This document shows positions 1-13,290 of a stretch of DNA of 64,000 nt, piece by piece. Position numbers and translations under genes: made by a program. Where the stretch lies: the NCBI GenBank assembly GCA_030324005.1, contig JARDVH010000059.1, positions 76,044,092 to 76,108,091 of the forward strand. The letters run 5' to 3'. Every line of letters starts with the position of its first letter. Position 1 is the first letter of the stretch. The notes below the pieces were generated by a model that did not search any database, was not told the origin of the DNA, and saw nothing but the letters and a program-made list of their open reading frames with translations. This stretch comes from Negaprion brevirostris. Taxonomy: Eukaryota.

Positions 1-1444
1 AATGAATGATTTACTGAGCAGTACCAGATGAAATAGCGTAGGTGGTTATTGTAAAGAGATTTTACAATCTCTTTGCAAACATGGTTGTCATGGATTACAG
101 TTATGACTACCAGCCACCACATACTACAGTGCAACACATCACCTATCCTCCATTCTTACTGTATTTTAATTAGTTAATTTCTTGATTACAATTAGTGCCT
201 CTAGCCCTGCCTGTTCTTATATCATTTCAATTAATGTTATATCTACCCTGATTATTTACCCAAATTGTGCAATGTGTTACGATGATCTGGAACCACTGTC
301 TGAAATAGCGGTGCAAACAGATTTAGTGGTAACTTTGAAAAGGGAATTTGAGATTTACTTAGAAAGGAAATATTTACAAGACTATAGAGAAAGAGAGTAT
401 TTGGATAGTTCTTTCACGTTGCTGTCACAAGCAAAATGGGCTGAAGATTTCCTCAGTCCGGTATAATTAAGGTTTTCATTCTTTTTTAGCTTATGGAATA
501 ATACAACAATGGCTTTTCAACATTTACATTCACAAACAATTTTTATTTCACTCAAAATATAAAGAAAAAATTTAACATGAAAGCAAGAGCTGACCAATGC
601 CACATAAAATATATTGTCACTTCTATTATACCACTACAGTCAATCACCCACTCTAAGACAACCCCACCTCCCGATGAAAAATGTTAATAGTAAAGAATAT
701 TGCATTTTAAATGTTTATAGAATAATTGACACCCTGGTGAAAGACAAATGAGCCCAATTGATGCATGTTGAATTTCTGGTTCTTGTATATAGTCTTGAAC
801 TGTGACCTTGAAACCTTTGCTTTTGAGTGCTACAGAAGGGTTTCAGATTGAAAAGCATGGGTAGTTTCTCTCCTTTCCCTTGATGAACTAGTACACCATC
901 ATAGTATTTTATTTAGATTAGTTCAGCATAGAGATAAATTTCTGCACACATTTTCGTTTTCCTATTTTCTTCTTGATATGTTTTGCAACAGCCAATCTAT
1001 TTGCCAGGTCAATGGATGCAAGAAAACTGATTTCTCTGTTTCAATTAGATGAGTTCCACTGCATGCATAGAAAAACCCTGATCAGGGTTAGGATGAGGAA
1101 AATAGCCTCACTGCATCTTGTTTTCTATAAAAACTAAGTTGTTTTCAGCATAATTAAGACTTTAAAAACATTTTTCTCTTTCTAGGCACAGTCCTATTTC
1201 CCAAGTTCTATGCAGTCTCTTCCTCTTCGTTGCTTTTTCAGAATAGAAGATCAAAACATTCATCAAGAGAAATCAATCTGAAATCCTCGTACAATCATTC
1301 GAATTAAACTTCACCACTGCAAGCTGATCTCCTAATTTAAAGACCACTAAAAGAATGATTTTAAAATATGTGCATTTTCAGCATGGAGCTTGTCCACCAA
1401 GAGTGTATGATCTGTAAAGTGTGGGCACAATCCATTGATTTTCA

Positions 1445-1505
1445 AAGAACAAAAGAACAATACAGCACAGGAACAGGCCCTTTGGCCCTCCAAGCCTGCG
1501 CCACT
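1445..1505 (-). mobile_element. CR1 LINE 3' tail fragment
   Basis: acagcacaggaacaggccctttggccctccaagcctgc, identical to the tail of the CR1 copy at about 30403-30440. Confidence 0.7.
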
Positions 1506-1929
1506 CATAAGCCCAACTATTTTCCATCCACTAAAATTTGTTCTGGGCTTCTGCAAATAATAATATCTAAACTGACTTTGGTTGACTCTGGCTGAGAAAA
1601 TTTGACAGTGGCTCTTCAATACTTGTGTTTAGAGACCAATGAAATAACCTCAAAAATAGACCACCAATAATATTACAGGGGCAGCTTATGACTGTGAACC
1701 TGGGAGTCTCAATGGATTTGGGGAAGGTCACCTATGCAATGTCTACAGTGGATCCTTGAATATTAAATCTTTCTCTGGATCATATTTAGATACCTTAAAA
1801 ACAGGAAAAATACATTTTTAATAACTTGTGCAAATAACTGACAATGAGAATATTTTAGCCCAGAATGTCTGATCTCCAGGTGGTCATACCCAGGGCTTGG
1901 CCCCTCTCCCAAGGGATGAGCTGGTAGAT

Positions 1930-2203
1930 AGTGGCACAGTGATTAGCACTGTAGCCTCACAGCACCTAGGACCTGGGTTCAAATCCCAGCTTGGGTCACT
2001 GCCTGTGCAGATTCTGCACATTCTCCGTGTCTGCATAGATTTCCTCTGGCTGTTCCGGTTTCCTCCCACAATCCGAAAGATATGGTTAGATGCATTGGCC
2101 ACGCTAAATTCTCCATCAGTGTACCCGCACAGGTGTTGGAGAATGACGACTAGGGGATTTTCACAGTAACTTCATTGCAGTAACTTGTGACACTAATAAA
2201 TAA
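1930..2203 (+). mobile_element. tRNA-derived V-SINE (HE1-like head and core), tail type B
   Basis: A box TGGCACAGTGA and B box GGTTCAAATCC, V-core (TTCCGGTTTCCTCCCACA), tail ending CTTGTGACACTAATAAATAAA. Confidence 0.85.
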
Positions 2204-2515
2204 AGCAAAAATCATGACATATGCAGAAATTGCATGGGAAGTTTAGACTTCCAATGGATAATTCCCCTGCATTTTGAACCCTCCAAAATTCTAAGTTAGA
2301 ATTAGAGATTTCAGATGTTTCCGACCCACTTACAGAATAGTTGCCCAGGAAAAGAAAATTAAAACCAATTCTAACTGCTGAGTAACTATACGATTGAGCC
2401 TGCAACTAACAGCCANNNNNNNNNNNNNNNNNNNNNNNNNNNNNNNNNNNNNNNNNNNNNNNNNNNNNNNNNNNNNNNNNNNNNNNNNNNNNNNNNNNNN
2501 NNNNNNNNNNNNNNN

Positions 2516-2761
2516 TCACTCAAAGGGTGGTGAATCTCTGGAATTCTCTGCCCGTTGATGTGGTAGAGGCTACCTCGCTAAATATATTTAAGACACGGGT
2601 GGATAGGTTTTTGGTAGGCAAGGGAATTAAGGGTTATGGGGAGAAAGCAGGAAAGTGCAACTGAGCCACTTCAGATCAGCCATGATCTTATTGAATGGTG
2701 GGGCAGGGTCAAAGGGCTAGATGGCCTACTCCTGCTCCTATTTCATATGTTCTTATGTTCT
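2516..2761 (+). mobile_element. CR1 LINE 3' end
   Basis: TQRVVNLWNSLP coding remnant, 3' UTR ending GATGGCCTACTCCTGCTCCTATTTCATATGTTCTTATGTTCTT; 5' part is in a gap. Confidence 0.85.
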
Positions 2762-2764
2762 TAA

Positions 2765-3220
2765 TATTTACAGATGCACCATAGAAAGCATTATTTTTGG
2801 CTGTAGCACCTTGCTACGGCTTCTGTTCTGTCCAAGACCACAAGAAACTACAAAGGATTGTGAACAAAGCCCAATCCATCATGCAAATCAGCTTCCCACC
2901 CATTGACACTGTCTACACTTCCTGTTGTCTCGGAAAAGCAGCCAGCACAGTCAAGGACTCCACGCACCCTGGACATTCTCTCTTCTACCTTCTTCCATCA
3001 GGAAATAGATACAAAAGTCTGAGGGCACGTACTAATTGACTCAAGAACAGCTTCTTCCTGCTTCCATTGGGCTTTTGAATGAAACTACTTTATATTACAC
3101 TGATCTTTCTCTACACCCTAGTAATGACCGCAACATTAGATTCTGCACTCTCTCCTTTCCTTCTCAATGAATGGTATGCTTCGTCTGTATAGCATACAAG
3201 AAACAATACTTTTCACTGCA
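2765..3220 (+). mobile_element. Rex1/Babar-type LINE 3' fragment
   Basis: YRCTIESI...QDHKKLQRIVNKAQSI...KDSTHPGHSLFYLLPSGNRYKSLRARTN, plus a 3' UTR shared with 32515-33205. Confidence 0.85.
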
Positions 3221-4137
3221 ACTAACAGCCACTCCAACAACTTCCCTTTACCTCCACACCCACTTAGCTGCCACCATACCCCCTCATTTTACACATTTAC
3301 CTTCTCCACATAGCTTCTCAAAGTGGCTTTGGACCTTTAAACTCTCTACATACCGAATACAGAATTGTGCTGTAAAAAGGGGGCATGGCTTAGCTCTCCT
3401 CAACGATACTGCACCTTGGGTGTGCTACACATTTCTGAGGAGGCCCAATTTACAAGTCCAGGCCAGAAATGTATGTTCCACCTTAGGGGAAGAAAAAAAA
3501 ATCAGATTATGGCTGACAGTAATTGCCACTCCTTGGGAGATTTGACCAAGATTTTACTTATTGTGGAGAGGAACATCACAAGGGCAGCGGATTTGAGTTC
3601 TCCTAAAATGAGGCAGAGCACTGCAACCACTGACCTCAGTGCTTAGAAAAGACAATATTTAGTACTTACTTAGCAACACTCATATTATTCAACACCCACC
3701 CTGGAAGCCCAAAACCCAAAAAGCCAGTTTCTCATTTGTCAGATGTGGTATTAGGATGTGCAAGACTGAAAAAGATAATGTGTGGGACTGGAGAAACAGT
3801 ACCACCCACATGATGATCCAAGAGTCCAAAAGGAGAAAGCACATGGCTTAAGACTGAATAACACCTGTAGTCTCACATATCTCTAAACAGTTATGTCCAT
3901 AAAATGAACCAGTTACTGTTCAGACATTTCAATGACACTGCAACTGTTCTTTGCCAGCCACAAAGCAACATATATCATGAAACTCATATGATGTAGCATC
4001 AGCATTTCACATTCTTATTATCTACTGTTTATCATGATCAACTATTTCTACATAACCCATACGACCCTCTATCTACAAATTTGATATCATGTGAAGTAGG
4101 TAGTCTATAATCTCATTCTTCTTCAATGCAATGGTCC

Positions 4138-4476
4138 TAGAATAATAGGAACCCTACAGTGCAGAAGGAGGCCATTTGGTCCATCAAGTCTGCACCAACA
4201 ACAATCCCACCCAAGCTCTATCCCTATAAACTCACATTTACCCCGCTAATCCCTCTAACCTATGCATCCCGGGACACTAAGGGGCAATTTAGCATGGGCA
4301 ATCAACCTAACCCGCATATCTTTGCACTGTGGGAGGAAACCGCAATACCTGGAGGAAACTCATGCAGACACGGGGAGAATGTGCAAACTCCACACAGTAA
4401 CTCAATCCAGAAATTGAACCCAGGTTCCTGGAGCGATGAGACATCAGTGCGAACCAAGGAACCACTGTGCTGCCCC
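4138..4476 (-). mobile_element. HE1-like V-SINE, tail type A (CR1-derived)
   Basis: Same head and core as the other copies; tail AAATGGCCTCCTTCTGCACTGTAGGGTTCCTATTATTCTA. Confidence 0.85.
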
Positions 4477-4934
4477 TGAATGGAACCCTCGGACAGGCCC
4501 CACAGGCAAATGCTGCCGCTGCTTTTTTTTAAAAGCTAGTTATTTATGGTATGTGGACAGTGCTGTTTAGACCAGTGATTCTCAACTGTGCCTAACAACC
4601 CCCAAGTGTGCTGAGCAAAAAGATTCCAAACTATTTAAAATTTGCATAAATAAACTAAAACTAACCATCGTCTTCAGCTCTGTGGTTGGCATCTCCAAGA
4701 CCTGACAAATCTTGAGTCACTTGGGCATGCGCCGGCAGGGAAAGAGGTCTTGGGTTCTATGAAATTGCTGATCAATTCCTAGTAGTCTCCCACTTCAGCA
4801 CTGATAAAACCTGCTACTGGGTTCAGGTGCCTTGTGAGCTCTAAAATCTTTGTAACCCTGTTCTGACTCTCCTTTTCAGTTTTACCCATCTCATTAAAGT
4901 TTAATTTCTGTTCCTACCATTAAAAGGATGCAGC

Positions 4935-5370
4935 AAACGTTTATATAGTGCCTTTAACACAGTAATAATATTTGATGCTATCACATAAGGAAACACGAGA
5001 ACACATGCTCCACAGCTTGTGTCAAAAAAGTACATTTTAAAGAGCATCTTAAAAAGAGAAGTAACGGGAAACAGATTGTTTATGGCCCACAGAGCTAAAA
5101 CTAAGATCATAATGATGGAGTGATGAAAACTGGGAATGCACAATAGACCAGAACTGGAAAATGTTGAGAAATTGGAGGGACATATAGCTCAAGAAGATTA
5201 CAGAAGAGAGGGATCGGACTGCAAGTATGAGAATTTTAAATCTTAGGCCTTGTCCAGCTGGGATTCAATACGGGCACTTTTATGGGAGTGATGGGTAAAT
5301 GGGGCTTGATGGGTGTAGGTACAAGAAGCAGACATTTCAATGAGCTCAGGTTTACAAAGGGTGCAAGGTA
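4935..5370 (-). mobile_element. Degenerate L2-like LINE 3' fragment
   Basis: Purine-rich decayed sequence resembling 12885-13290; boundaries approximate. Confidence 0.4.
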
Positions 5371-5644
5371 ACCATGTGAACACAGGAATGCTCTGCGCAC
5401 AAATCCAATTCTGCACATGATGCTATGCAAATAGCTCATCCAAAGTTGGGTCTTAAGCCTTAGTTAAATGAGACTGGGAGGTTGCACACTATCCCTATAC
5501 GTCTCAGGTACCTATGGAAGCAGATGCAAACTTTTGGTCACAGCTGGTTGTGACCTATGGTTGGGTCCTGAGAAAGTTGAAGGTGAGAATTTCCAAATAT
5601 TATAATAGAAAATTCAAAAAGTTAACAAATTAAGACACAGCAGA

Positions 5645-6874
5645 TTGTTGGTGCCTTTACCACTTTTATTTCACCATGAAGAAACATACATTCAACATTT
5701 ATTACATTGCAGCAAAAAATTTAATGAAAGTATTGTACCCTACAGTTAGCTGTGTGGTCTTCTGTAAATCATAAATGCTTCACGATTTGAAAGCTTTCAA
5801 TGGAGTTTGCGATTATTTTCTGTTTAGTTTAAGGCTTTGCTCTGAATCTGGAGTCTACGCAGAGTGTTTACAAAGAATCAATGCTGTCATAGTCAATGTT
5901 GAAAAATGAGAGATCACAGGTAGTAAACAGAGAAATTCCTTCTAGAGCAGACACATTCACTTGCAACATAAACCGAGCAAAACAGACTCGGTTTAAAAAG
6001 GAATACTGACATCTCCTCTAAGGGAAGTCAACATCTACAACTACTGGTGGATTACTCTACCTGGCCTTTTGGTTCTAACTTAAAAAGAATGTGCTCATCT
6101 AACAAAACCAAATCATTCAAGTAAAATATATATTTTTATATATATATATACTTCTTTAAAAAAAATCTGTTAGGTGACATCAAATTATGCTGACAAAGCA
6201 CAAGATGCAGCAAAACAAGTTGTTCTAATCTGTGTAAGGTTATTCATGTTTTCACAGGCATTACCATTGTATATCAAGGTTTCCAGTTATAAGCTTCAAG
6301 TTGCTTAGTATGATAATAGATATGGACTTGCACTGCCATTGGCACATCTACTGTAAGGTAATGACATAATCCCTCAATACAATTAACACTTTTCACCAGC
6401 TTTGGGATGAAAGTTATTTGCTTATAAATGAAACCAAGTACAATTAAAATGACTTACTGCCAACTTATTTATCTTAATATCAGCTATAGTAATTTTTTTA
6501 AACTGTCAGAGGATTTTCCTGTTTCTTTTAAAACATTAATGTTTAAAACTGCTGATAAAATGATAACTTAAGAGATGTGGACGCCTTATATACGGATTTG
6601 GAAAACGCTTTTCTCATTATTTCTTTTTTGTGACAAAGGTTTATTCTAATCATGCATTATTCATCTGCCATTTGGATATGCTGGAATGAGGTTTTTGCCA
6701 ATGTTCTTATTTAGTGAGAGGGTCCTTGTACAACGTGCTCCAGTATGCTTGGTGTGAAAGGTCATTAGTGGATGGATTCAGGACAAATGAAGTCATGTAT
6801 ATGACTCCATCTAGACTCCAAAATCATTCCTAATGATGTGTATGCATTACTTCTTTGTGAAGATGTGGTTACTC
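5645..6874 (-). other. EPB41L3: EPB41L3 non-coding terminal exon (3' UTR)
   Basis: Strong acceptor TTTCATTTTCCTTCCCAG at 6875; repeat-free AT-rich 1.2 kb; AATAAA signals at the far end. The 3' end is approximate. Confidence 0.75.
5665..5670 (-). terminator. Polyadenylation signal AATAAA
   Basis: Minus-strand AATAAA followed about 25 nt later by TGTGTCTTAATTTGTT (GU/U-rich). A second AATAAA lies at 5698-5703 and a proximal one at 6640-6645. Confidence 0.65.
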
Positions 6875-9661
6875 CTGGGAAGGAAAATGAAACAAGCAGC
6901 CCATTAATAAAACAAGTTAACTAGAGTTATCAATGACTTTGTAGACAAGTATAAAACTGAACACATTATGCAATATTTGCTTTCAATATTAACAAATTAC
7001 CTAATGTTAAAAATTGACAGCTTTTAAAAATGACAAATATATTGCAAATCCTATGTTAACAGTTTGATATAATAGAGATATGCAAAAACAAAACTAGAAC
7101 CCAGCGAGCAGCAGAGGCGTCTCATTTAAAAGAGAAATAGAAAATGCAAACTTCCGAAAAAATTTGTAACAGCAAATTGCAGTGTTGTTATTAGGCAGCC
7201 ATATAAATCAAAAGAAAACTTTTCAAAAACAAGCAAGAAATTGCAATTTACTTTTAAAATGATGTTCAAAGCCAAATCTACTTATGCAATGATGGCATTT
7301 TGCATTATTGGATTATAATGAACCAATCTAACGTGCTGTTGCTGCATGATGTGTTTTTAGGTGAGCCAATAGTTTCTCCTTCAGTGCGTTGGATGATTCA
7401 TGTGATTTTAAAAATATTGACATTTTCTCTCTAAAATCTGGACAGATGGTTTTTTTTTCAGCAAAGTGCTTTTCATTGACCTGTAATTTGCTGGAACAGC
7501 GCCTTTACTGATGAACATTATTAGTTCGACCAGCTGGAGAATTGGGTTACACTGTAACCCAATCCCTCCAGAGATGAATTTCTAGCTACTTTTTTCTTTT
7601 TCCAGTTATTTGCTGGGACAGTACACTCAGCATCATTTAGACTGTTGTTTGTCCTGATCCTCCAGTGGTTAATTTATTTTTCTGGAGAACTCATTAGAAT
7701 ACATCCCAATGGTGATTCAAATTCTAAAGCTTACAGTCACTGCACTGATCCCACATACTGACGATATAAAGTCAAGATCGATATGGCAATCCTCCAGCTA
7801 GAAAACAATGAAAATTTCCAACTAAAGTGCCGTTATCTTCCTTCATCAGAATCATTCTGATTCTGTCTATGTGGAAGAGATGATGGTGGACAGTGTGTTG
7901 GGGAAAGCAAAGATAATGAAATTCTATTTAGGGGAAGGTCATGGCAGGCAGAAAAGTTTGGTTTTGTGCTCTAGGAATCTCTGCCAAATTTTCTGGAAGA
8001 ATATGCCACACGTTGTAGGTACACCATTATTCTGGCAATGTTCCAACAAAATCCAGCCAATACAAATCGGTGTTGAACCATGGGTCAGTTTCAAAATAAG
8101 CATTATAAGCTTCATTTTACTAGTTATCTATTGACTTTGAAGAAGAAATAATGACGGGATTTTCTGAACAACCACTGCACGTTTTATGTTGGAGGAGGCA
8201 GCCCGCCATTGGCCAGCAGTGGGATCTTCTGGTTCTGCCATTGAATTCACTCCCCTCTGCTGGGAAACCCACCTTTGGTGGCACTGGAAGATCCCACTGG
8301 CATAGATGGCTGGAAATTTCCAGCTGAGGACTTTCAATAAGTGAATTTTTATAGAGATATTTCATACATTTAAGCTAGGATTAAAAAAAAAACTAAGGGA
8401 AAATATCTCTCAATTTTCACATCTTAAATGTGTTGGGATTTAATTAATGATTTGTCACAGCATTTCCCCCTAAACAAATACGGTCAAGACAAATGGGCTT
8501 AATACTTTATTAGGTTTTATTCCCAGCTTAAAAAATAAAATGATTATGGCATTAAGATGATATGATTTAGCACGTGCAAAAGCATCATAGGAAGTCACAC
8601 CAGTGAAATCATGGAGGGTGGAAATCACGGTTTCTTCAAATAACCAGAAGCAGGCACACAAATCACTCTTTAACCCATAGTTTGAGATTATACAGTACTT
8701 ATACGACAATGAACTCCCTATCAAATACTATCTTTAACCTTGTACTGCTCATTATCACATTCTCCTCCATCTCAAGTTGGGAGGACATAGCAAGATAGAC
8801 ATGGACAAACTGCAGATTTATTCAGGATAACAATTAAAGCTAATCTGTAACTGATCAAGTGCCATTCAAGTTTAACCTGAAGCCAAGCCACCAATACCTT
8901 GTGGATCCCTTCCACAGCCTACAAATGGCATTCTGTCTTTTAATCCTTCTGGGAAATGTTAAACTTCACTCAACTGCCAGGTTTAAATGTCCATTAGGCT
9001 TGAGGTTTGAGCTTGGGCTTTAGCTTACTGTTTAACTAAAACTCAAACATTGAGGTACAAGTAATGTATTAGTGAACTTGTTCTGCTGCTACGAAACAAA
9101 ATTGAATTGTACTGGATTAGCATCAAACAATTTTATTTTCTCTTACATCCTGTACTCAGTCAGATTTATAACCATTACAATACAAGGTAATAATGTACAA
9201 ATTAAACCATTAATGGCAGTGATATTGGAAAATGAAGCATTTGAGGAGAAGGGCCAGTTTGTACTACAATCTATTTCCACACACCCCCTTAACCTAATCT
9301 CTTGAAGGGAAGTTCTGTGTAAATAGTTTTTTTGATCCCCAAAGTAATCCAGTAAATAATAGAGCCAGATCTGGTACTACTGTAGCTAATTAACTGCACT
9401 GATACAGAGCTGTTCTTCATGGTGGCCAAATTGTATTATGTGCATCTTGCATTGTAATATTTACAATATTTTAAAGCTGTAACATTATGTATTTAAGCAA
9501 ACATTATATCCTTTAAGTTGTGTTAGAGCATCCCAAAGCACTTGCCTATGGGTTATAGAGTTAAAAGCTGCAAATTAAAATCAAAGGTGTGCAGAGAGCA
9601 CTACGGAATTGCACAGCAGCTTGTAAAGTACCAGGCGGATGCAGTTTGCTCTTACCTGCTG

Positions 9662-9772
9662 TCAATCATCTCCGTCTTCTGGCGTGATCTCTGTCTCTTT
9701 GTGTACCACTACTTTGGTCACAGACATATCAGGGTGCTGCTCTTTGGCCTCTTTAATTGCCTGAGCCAGGGC
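9662..9772 (-). CDS. EPB41L3: EPB41L3 last coding exon (exon continues to 9656)
   Basis: GATAG acceptor; [39 protein letters not shown], then 6 nt and CAG|GTAAGA donor. Confidence 0.98.
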   Translation of the reverse strand, partial: ALAQAIKEAKEQHPDMSVTKVVVHKETEITPEDGDD

Positions 9773-10463
9773 CTATCCCAAAGAAAGCCCCCCCGAGGTA
9801 TAAAAAGAGTAGGTGGGACATGCATGATCAGAAGCAGGATGGATATTTATGATGACTTTTTCTCAATTACTTTAATGATGAAAATGATTAAAAGAAAATT
9901 TTAAAATTTCTACCAGAAGGAGCAGTATGTCACACATTTGTGTGCTCAACAAAATATTATAAACCTGACCACATCTCTTTTGAGGGTGTTGATTTTCTTT
10001 TAGTTCTGTACTGAAATGGGACAGTTTAGCCAATCAGTACCACCAGCTTCCATGCTCACTATGGCCTCTGTCAGAAATCTCTATCTTGGTAGTTGCTTAA
10101 GATCAGTGTAGCTGGAGCTGCTCTCAAACCCCATCATCCTCTTTCCCCCCTCCCCTTAGAAACCACAGCAAATGTTCATGAATTGATTTTTGTTTTAAAG
10201 AGTGAAATTTGAAAGCAATTTATTTATTCTGTTCATGGTTTTACCCACAATTTCATTCCATTAATCTACCAGAGGTACCATGTTATGACTTACAGCTCCT
10301 TTAACTTGGAATGCAGTTGCTGAATTAAATTACAAAGCATGCTGATTTTAGTGTCTTTTTGTGAGTAGAGTTTCTGTATACTAAATAGGTCTTTTAAATA
10401 TATAAGCCATTTTACTCAATAGCCTATTTAGATGCATTGTGACCACACTGTGTGTTAACCTAC

Positions 10464-10544
10464 CTGATCATGGTCAATGTCAGCATCTCCTGTAATAACA
10501 ATTCGTTTCTCAATGCGTGTTTCTGAAACTCCTCCTTTCACAGT
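10464..10544 (-). CDS. EPB41L3: EPB41L3 exon, 4.1 CTD
   Basis: TTTATAG acceptor, CAG|GTAGGT donor; TVKGGVSETRIEKRIVITGDADIDHDQ. Confidence 0.98.
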
Positions 10545-10864
10545 CTATAAACAGAAAGTCCAGTAGTTAGTCACTTCATGTTACTGAAACTCTCAATTAC
10601 AGCTAACTTATGGGTAAATTTACTGGCAGGATTCATACAAAGTCATAGGCTAATCCCTGATTTGTGCTAAACTGGGGCTTCATGATAGGGTTTCCAATAT
10701 CCTTCCTACAATTGCAGTGTAGAGAAATGCATGCAATAAATTCAGTGTGGCCTAACCAGTGTCTTGTACATTCAAGATCACTTCCATCAAGGCTACTATG
10801 TATAAAATCAGAAATCAGATTAACCTTTTTTAATAGCTTTTTCTGTTGGCAGTTCTATTTTTCA

Positions 10865-11066
10865 AATATAGAAAATACTGGAAGTACTCAGCAGGTTTGA
10901 CAGTATATGTAGAGAGAGACAGAGTTAACTTTTCAGATCAATTAAAAGTCATCGACCTGGAAAGATAAGTTGGATTCTGCCTCTATCCCTCTGCCAGACC
11001 AGTTCAGTATTTTCAGCATTTTCTGTTTTAATTTCAGATTGTCAGCATTCACAGTATTTGTTTTTC
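10865..11066. mobile_element. Palindromic Penelope-like terminal-repeat remnant
   Basis: AGAAAATACTGGAAGTACTCAGCAGGTTTGACAG ... CTGCCAGACCAGTTCAGTATTTTCAGCATTTTCT form imperfect inverted arms. Confidence 0.6.
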
Positions 11067-12884
11067 AGCTTTCCAAAGATCTGCCCGTATGCACAATAAG
11101 AACATTCCAGCCTCCACTCTCAAAACGATCTTACCATTTTAGGTTTACATGTTACTATTTCCAAGAGACAAAAGTCACAATTCTCTTCACTGATTTGCCA
11201 ATCCCCCTAGCCTTTTGGCCTTCAGCAATCTTTAATGAGTTTACCATAATTTGATTTCAACTAGCTTCAAATCATTCTTCTGGTACCTACAACTAAACTA
11301 TTTGCACAAATTGAAAACAAAAAAAAATCCAGCACAAATTCCTGAAAAGCATCAGCAAGGAAGATAAAATCAAGTGGTTTATAACTTCTTGGCTTATAAT
11401 TTTCTCCTTTAGCATCTAACATTCTCTCAGCACTCGGCCCAATTCTTGAATCTAAATTTGAAAAGTTAGTGCCTCCACCATTTTCTTCTCAAATCTATTC
11501 AGTATTGAGGGACATATCTTCTACTTGTTTAAGTATTTAAATGTGAATGCTGCAGACCTCTCAGCAAAGGAGGCCATTTTTTTCCCTCCTTTAGTTTGGA
11601 TTTTTGTGTAGCCAGATGGAGTTGCCAGAATTCCCATTCCCTGAACTAGAATGCTGCTTCTATAATTTGGAGCAACGCTCCCAGTTCACTGGTGCTACAG
11701 TAATGAGGACCAACCATCAGGGCTGCCTGGCTCTTACATTAACAACACTGGGATGTTGGTATGATCATACTGTGTGCCTGGCAACTGCAGTGTCTAAAAT
11801 CTAACCCCTACAATTCCACCACCAGTTTATCAAAGCAGCAAAAATATAATTAAATACATACTGGTCACTGCCAGGGGATTGGGGAGAGGAAGAGAGGTGT
11901 GCATACACACGTCAGAGATCAAAAGCAAAGTGAAAGCAAGCCCAATGTAGCGGGACAAAAAATTTAGGTCTCTGGGTGAGCAGAGCTGATTTGATAGTTT
12001 GACACAGACTAACTGCAAGAGATTGATGTGAGGAGGGTTGTCTCACTTTAGGCAGCCCTTCCCAGACAACCAGACATCATTACACATTGATTGCTGTGTA
12101 AACTACGCCCAGGGCTTGAGAACAGTTCCAAAAAAAATGATGGTACATTTTAGAATGCGTACATCTACTGATCACTTGGCTTGTACTGAGTTTCAGATAT
12201 GCAACTGAAATAAGCTCCCTGAAGAGAATGATATTCCATTCTGCTGCTGTTGCAATCTTATTTATTTCAACAAAGCAGTGACCACAGCTCAAGCTGGTGA
12301 GCTCTGCTCAGCAGGAAGAGGTGTGGTGGGGCAGGGGACATGTGGTAATAGGTTTAATGGTTGACACAGCAAACAGGCTTTTAAGCAACGCAGAATGTAT
12401 ATGAAAGAAGGTAGTCTAGTTGTTGGGAGAGGGCTGCAGGAGCCATCAGGCAGCAAAAAGGAGTGTGGTTCTGTTTCAGGATTTTAGGACAGGACAGATT
12501 ATTCTGTTTAAGGAAATAACACAAAAAGTGAGATGGCATTACATGTTATTTTATTATGCAAACTTAAGACATATTGATTGAATGAAGTAACTCTGATCAC
12601 TCTCATTAGTTATTACATTTCACTTTACTGTGAGATAAAGGAATTAATGAATTGAACCAAATTATGCCTCATTTAGCATTAATTCATTTCACACAGAGAC
12701 TAAAGAAATTTTCAAACAGATCTCAAGGGTGTTTTATTGTTACACTATTACACTCCTGGGTCCCAGTATGATGTGATTAGATACAGAGCAATGAGTATAA
12801 ATCTTCTGCCAATATCTTCAAGTTTAATGATGTCAATTGCTGTTTTAAATAGACTGACAATCCATAAAATTAATACTACCAACA

Positions 12885-13290
12885 AGTTGTATTTACATAA
12901 CTTCTTTTTTTAAACAGTAAGACCTTCCAAGGAACTTCATAGAAACATTATAAAACAAAATTTGACACCAAGCAATACAACAGGATAATAGGGTGGGCGA
13001 CCATAAGTTCAATAGAGGTTGTTTTAAGGAACCTTTTAAAGGAAGAAAGCAAGGGAGTAAAGGAAGTAAGCAGAGGTTTAGGGAAGAAATTCCAGCATCC
13101 AGGGCCTTGGCAGTTGAAGGCATGATTGCCAGTGGCAGAATGTTTGAAATTGAGGGTGCTTAACAGGTATTGCAGAGGGTTGTAGGGCTAGAGGAGATAG
13201 AAAGTGGCCAGGTGATGGAGGGACTTAAACAATGATGAGAATTATAAAATCGATGTGTGATCTAACGGGGAGCCAATGTAAGGAGAATGA
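12885..13290 (-). mobile_element. L2-like LINE 3' fragment
   Basis: Minus strand has the GCCTTCAACTGCCAAGGCCCTGGATGCTGGAATTTC (AF...P..WNS-type) C-terminal ORF2 remnant and a pyrimidine-rich 3' UTR. Confidence 0.55.

Noticed and set aside
480-1350. Possible distal 3' UTR or neighbouring-gene exon (minus AATAAA at 542-547, acceptor-like tracts on plus)
   Set aside because: Such motifs are common in AT-rich DNA; no coding or other support.
1930-2000. tRNA genes (A/B boxes)
   Set aside because: These are SINE heads followed by V core and tail; no complete cloverleaf is evident.
1897-2169. Recurrent similar short ORFs (also 4159, 17704, 19504, 20294, 25441, 27271) suggesting a gene family
   Set aside because: They are chance translations of V-SINE copies.
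9656-9664. Stop-codon readthrough at TGA-CAG
   Set aside because: Not the strong TGA-CTAG motif, and no evidence of a conserved extension.
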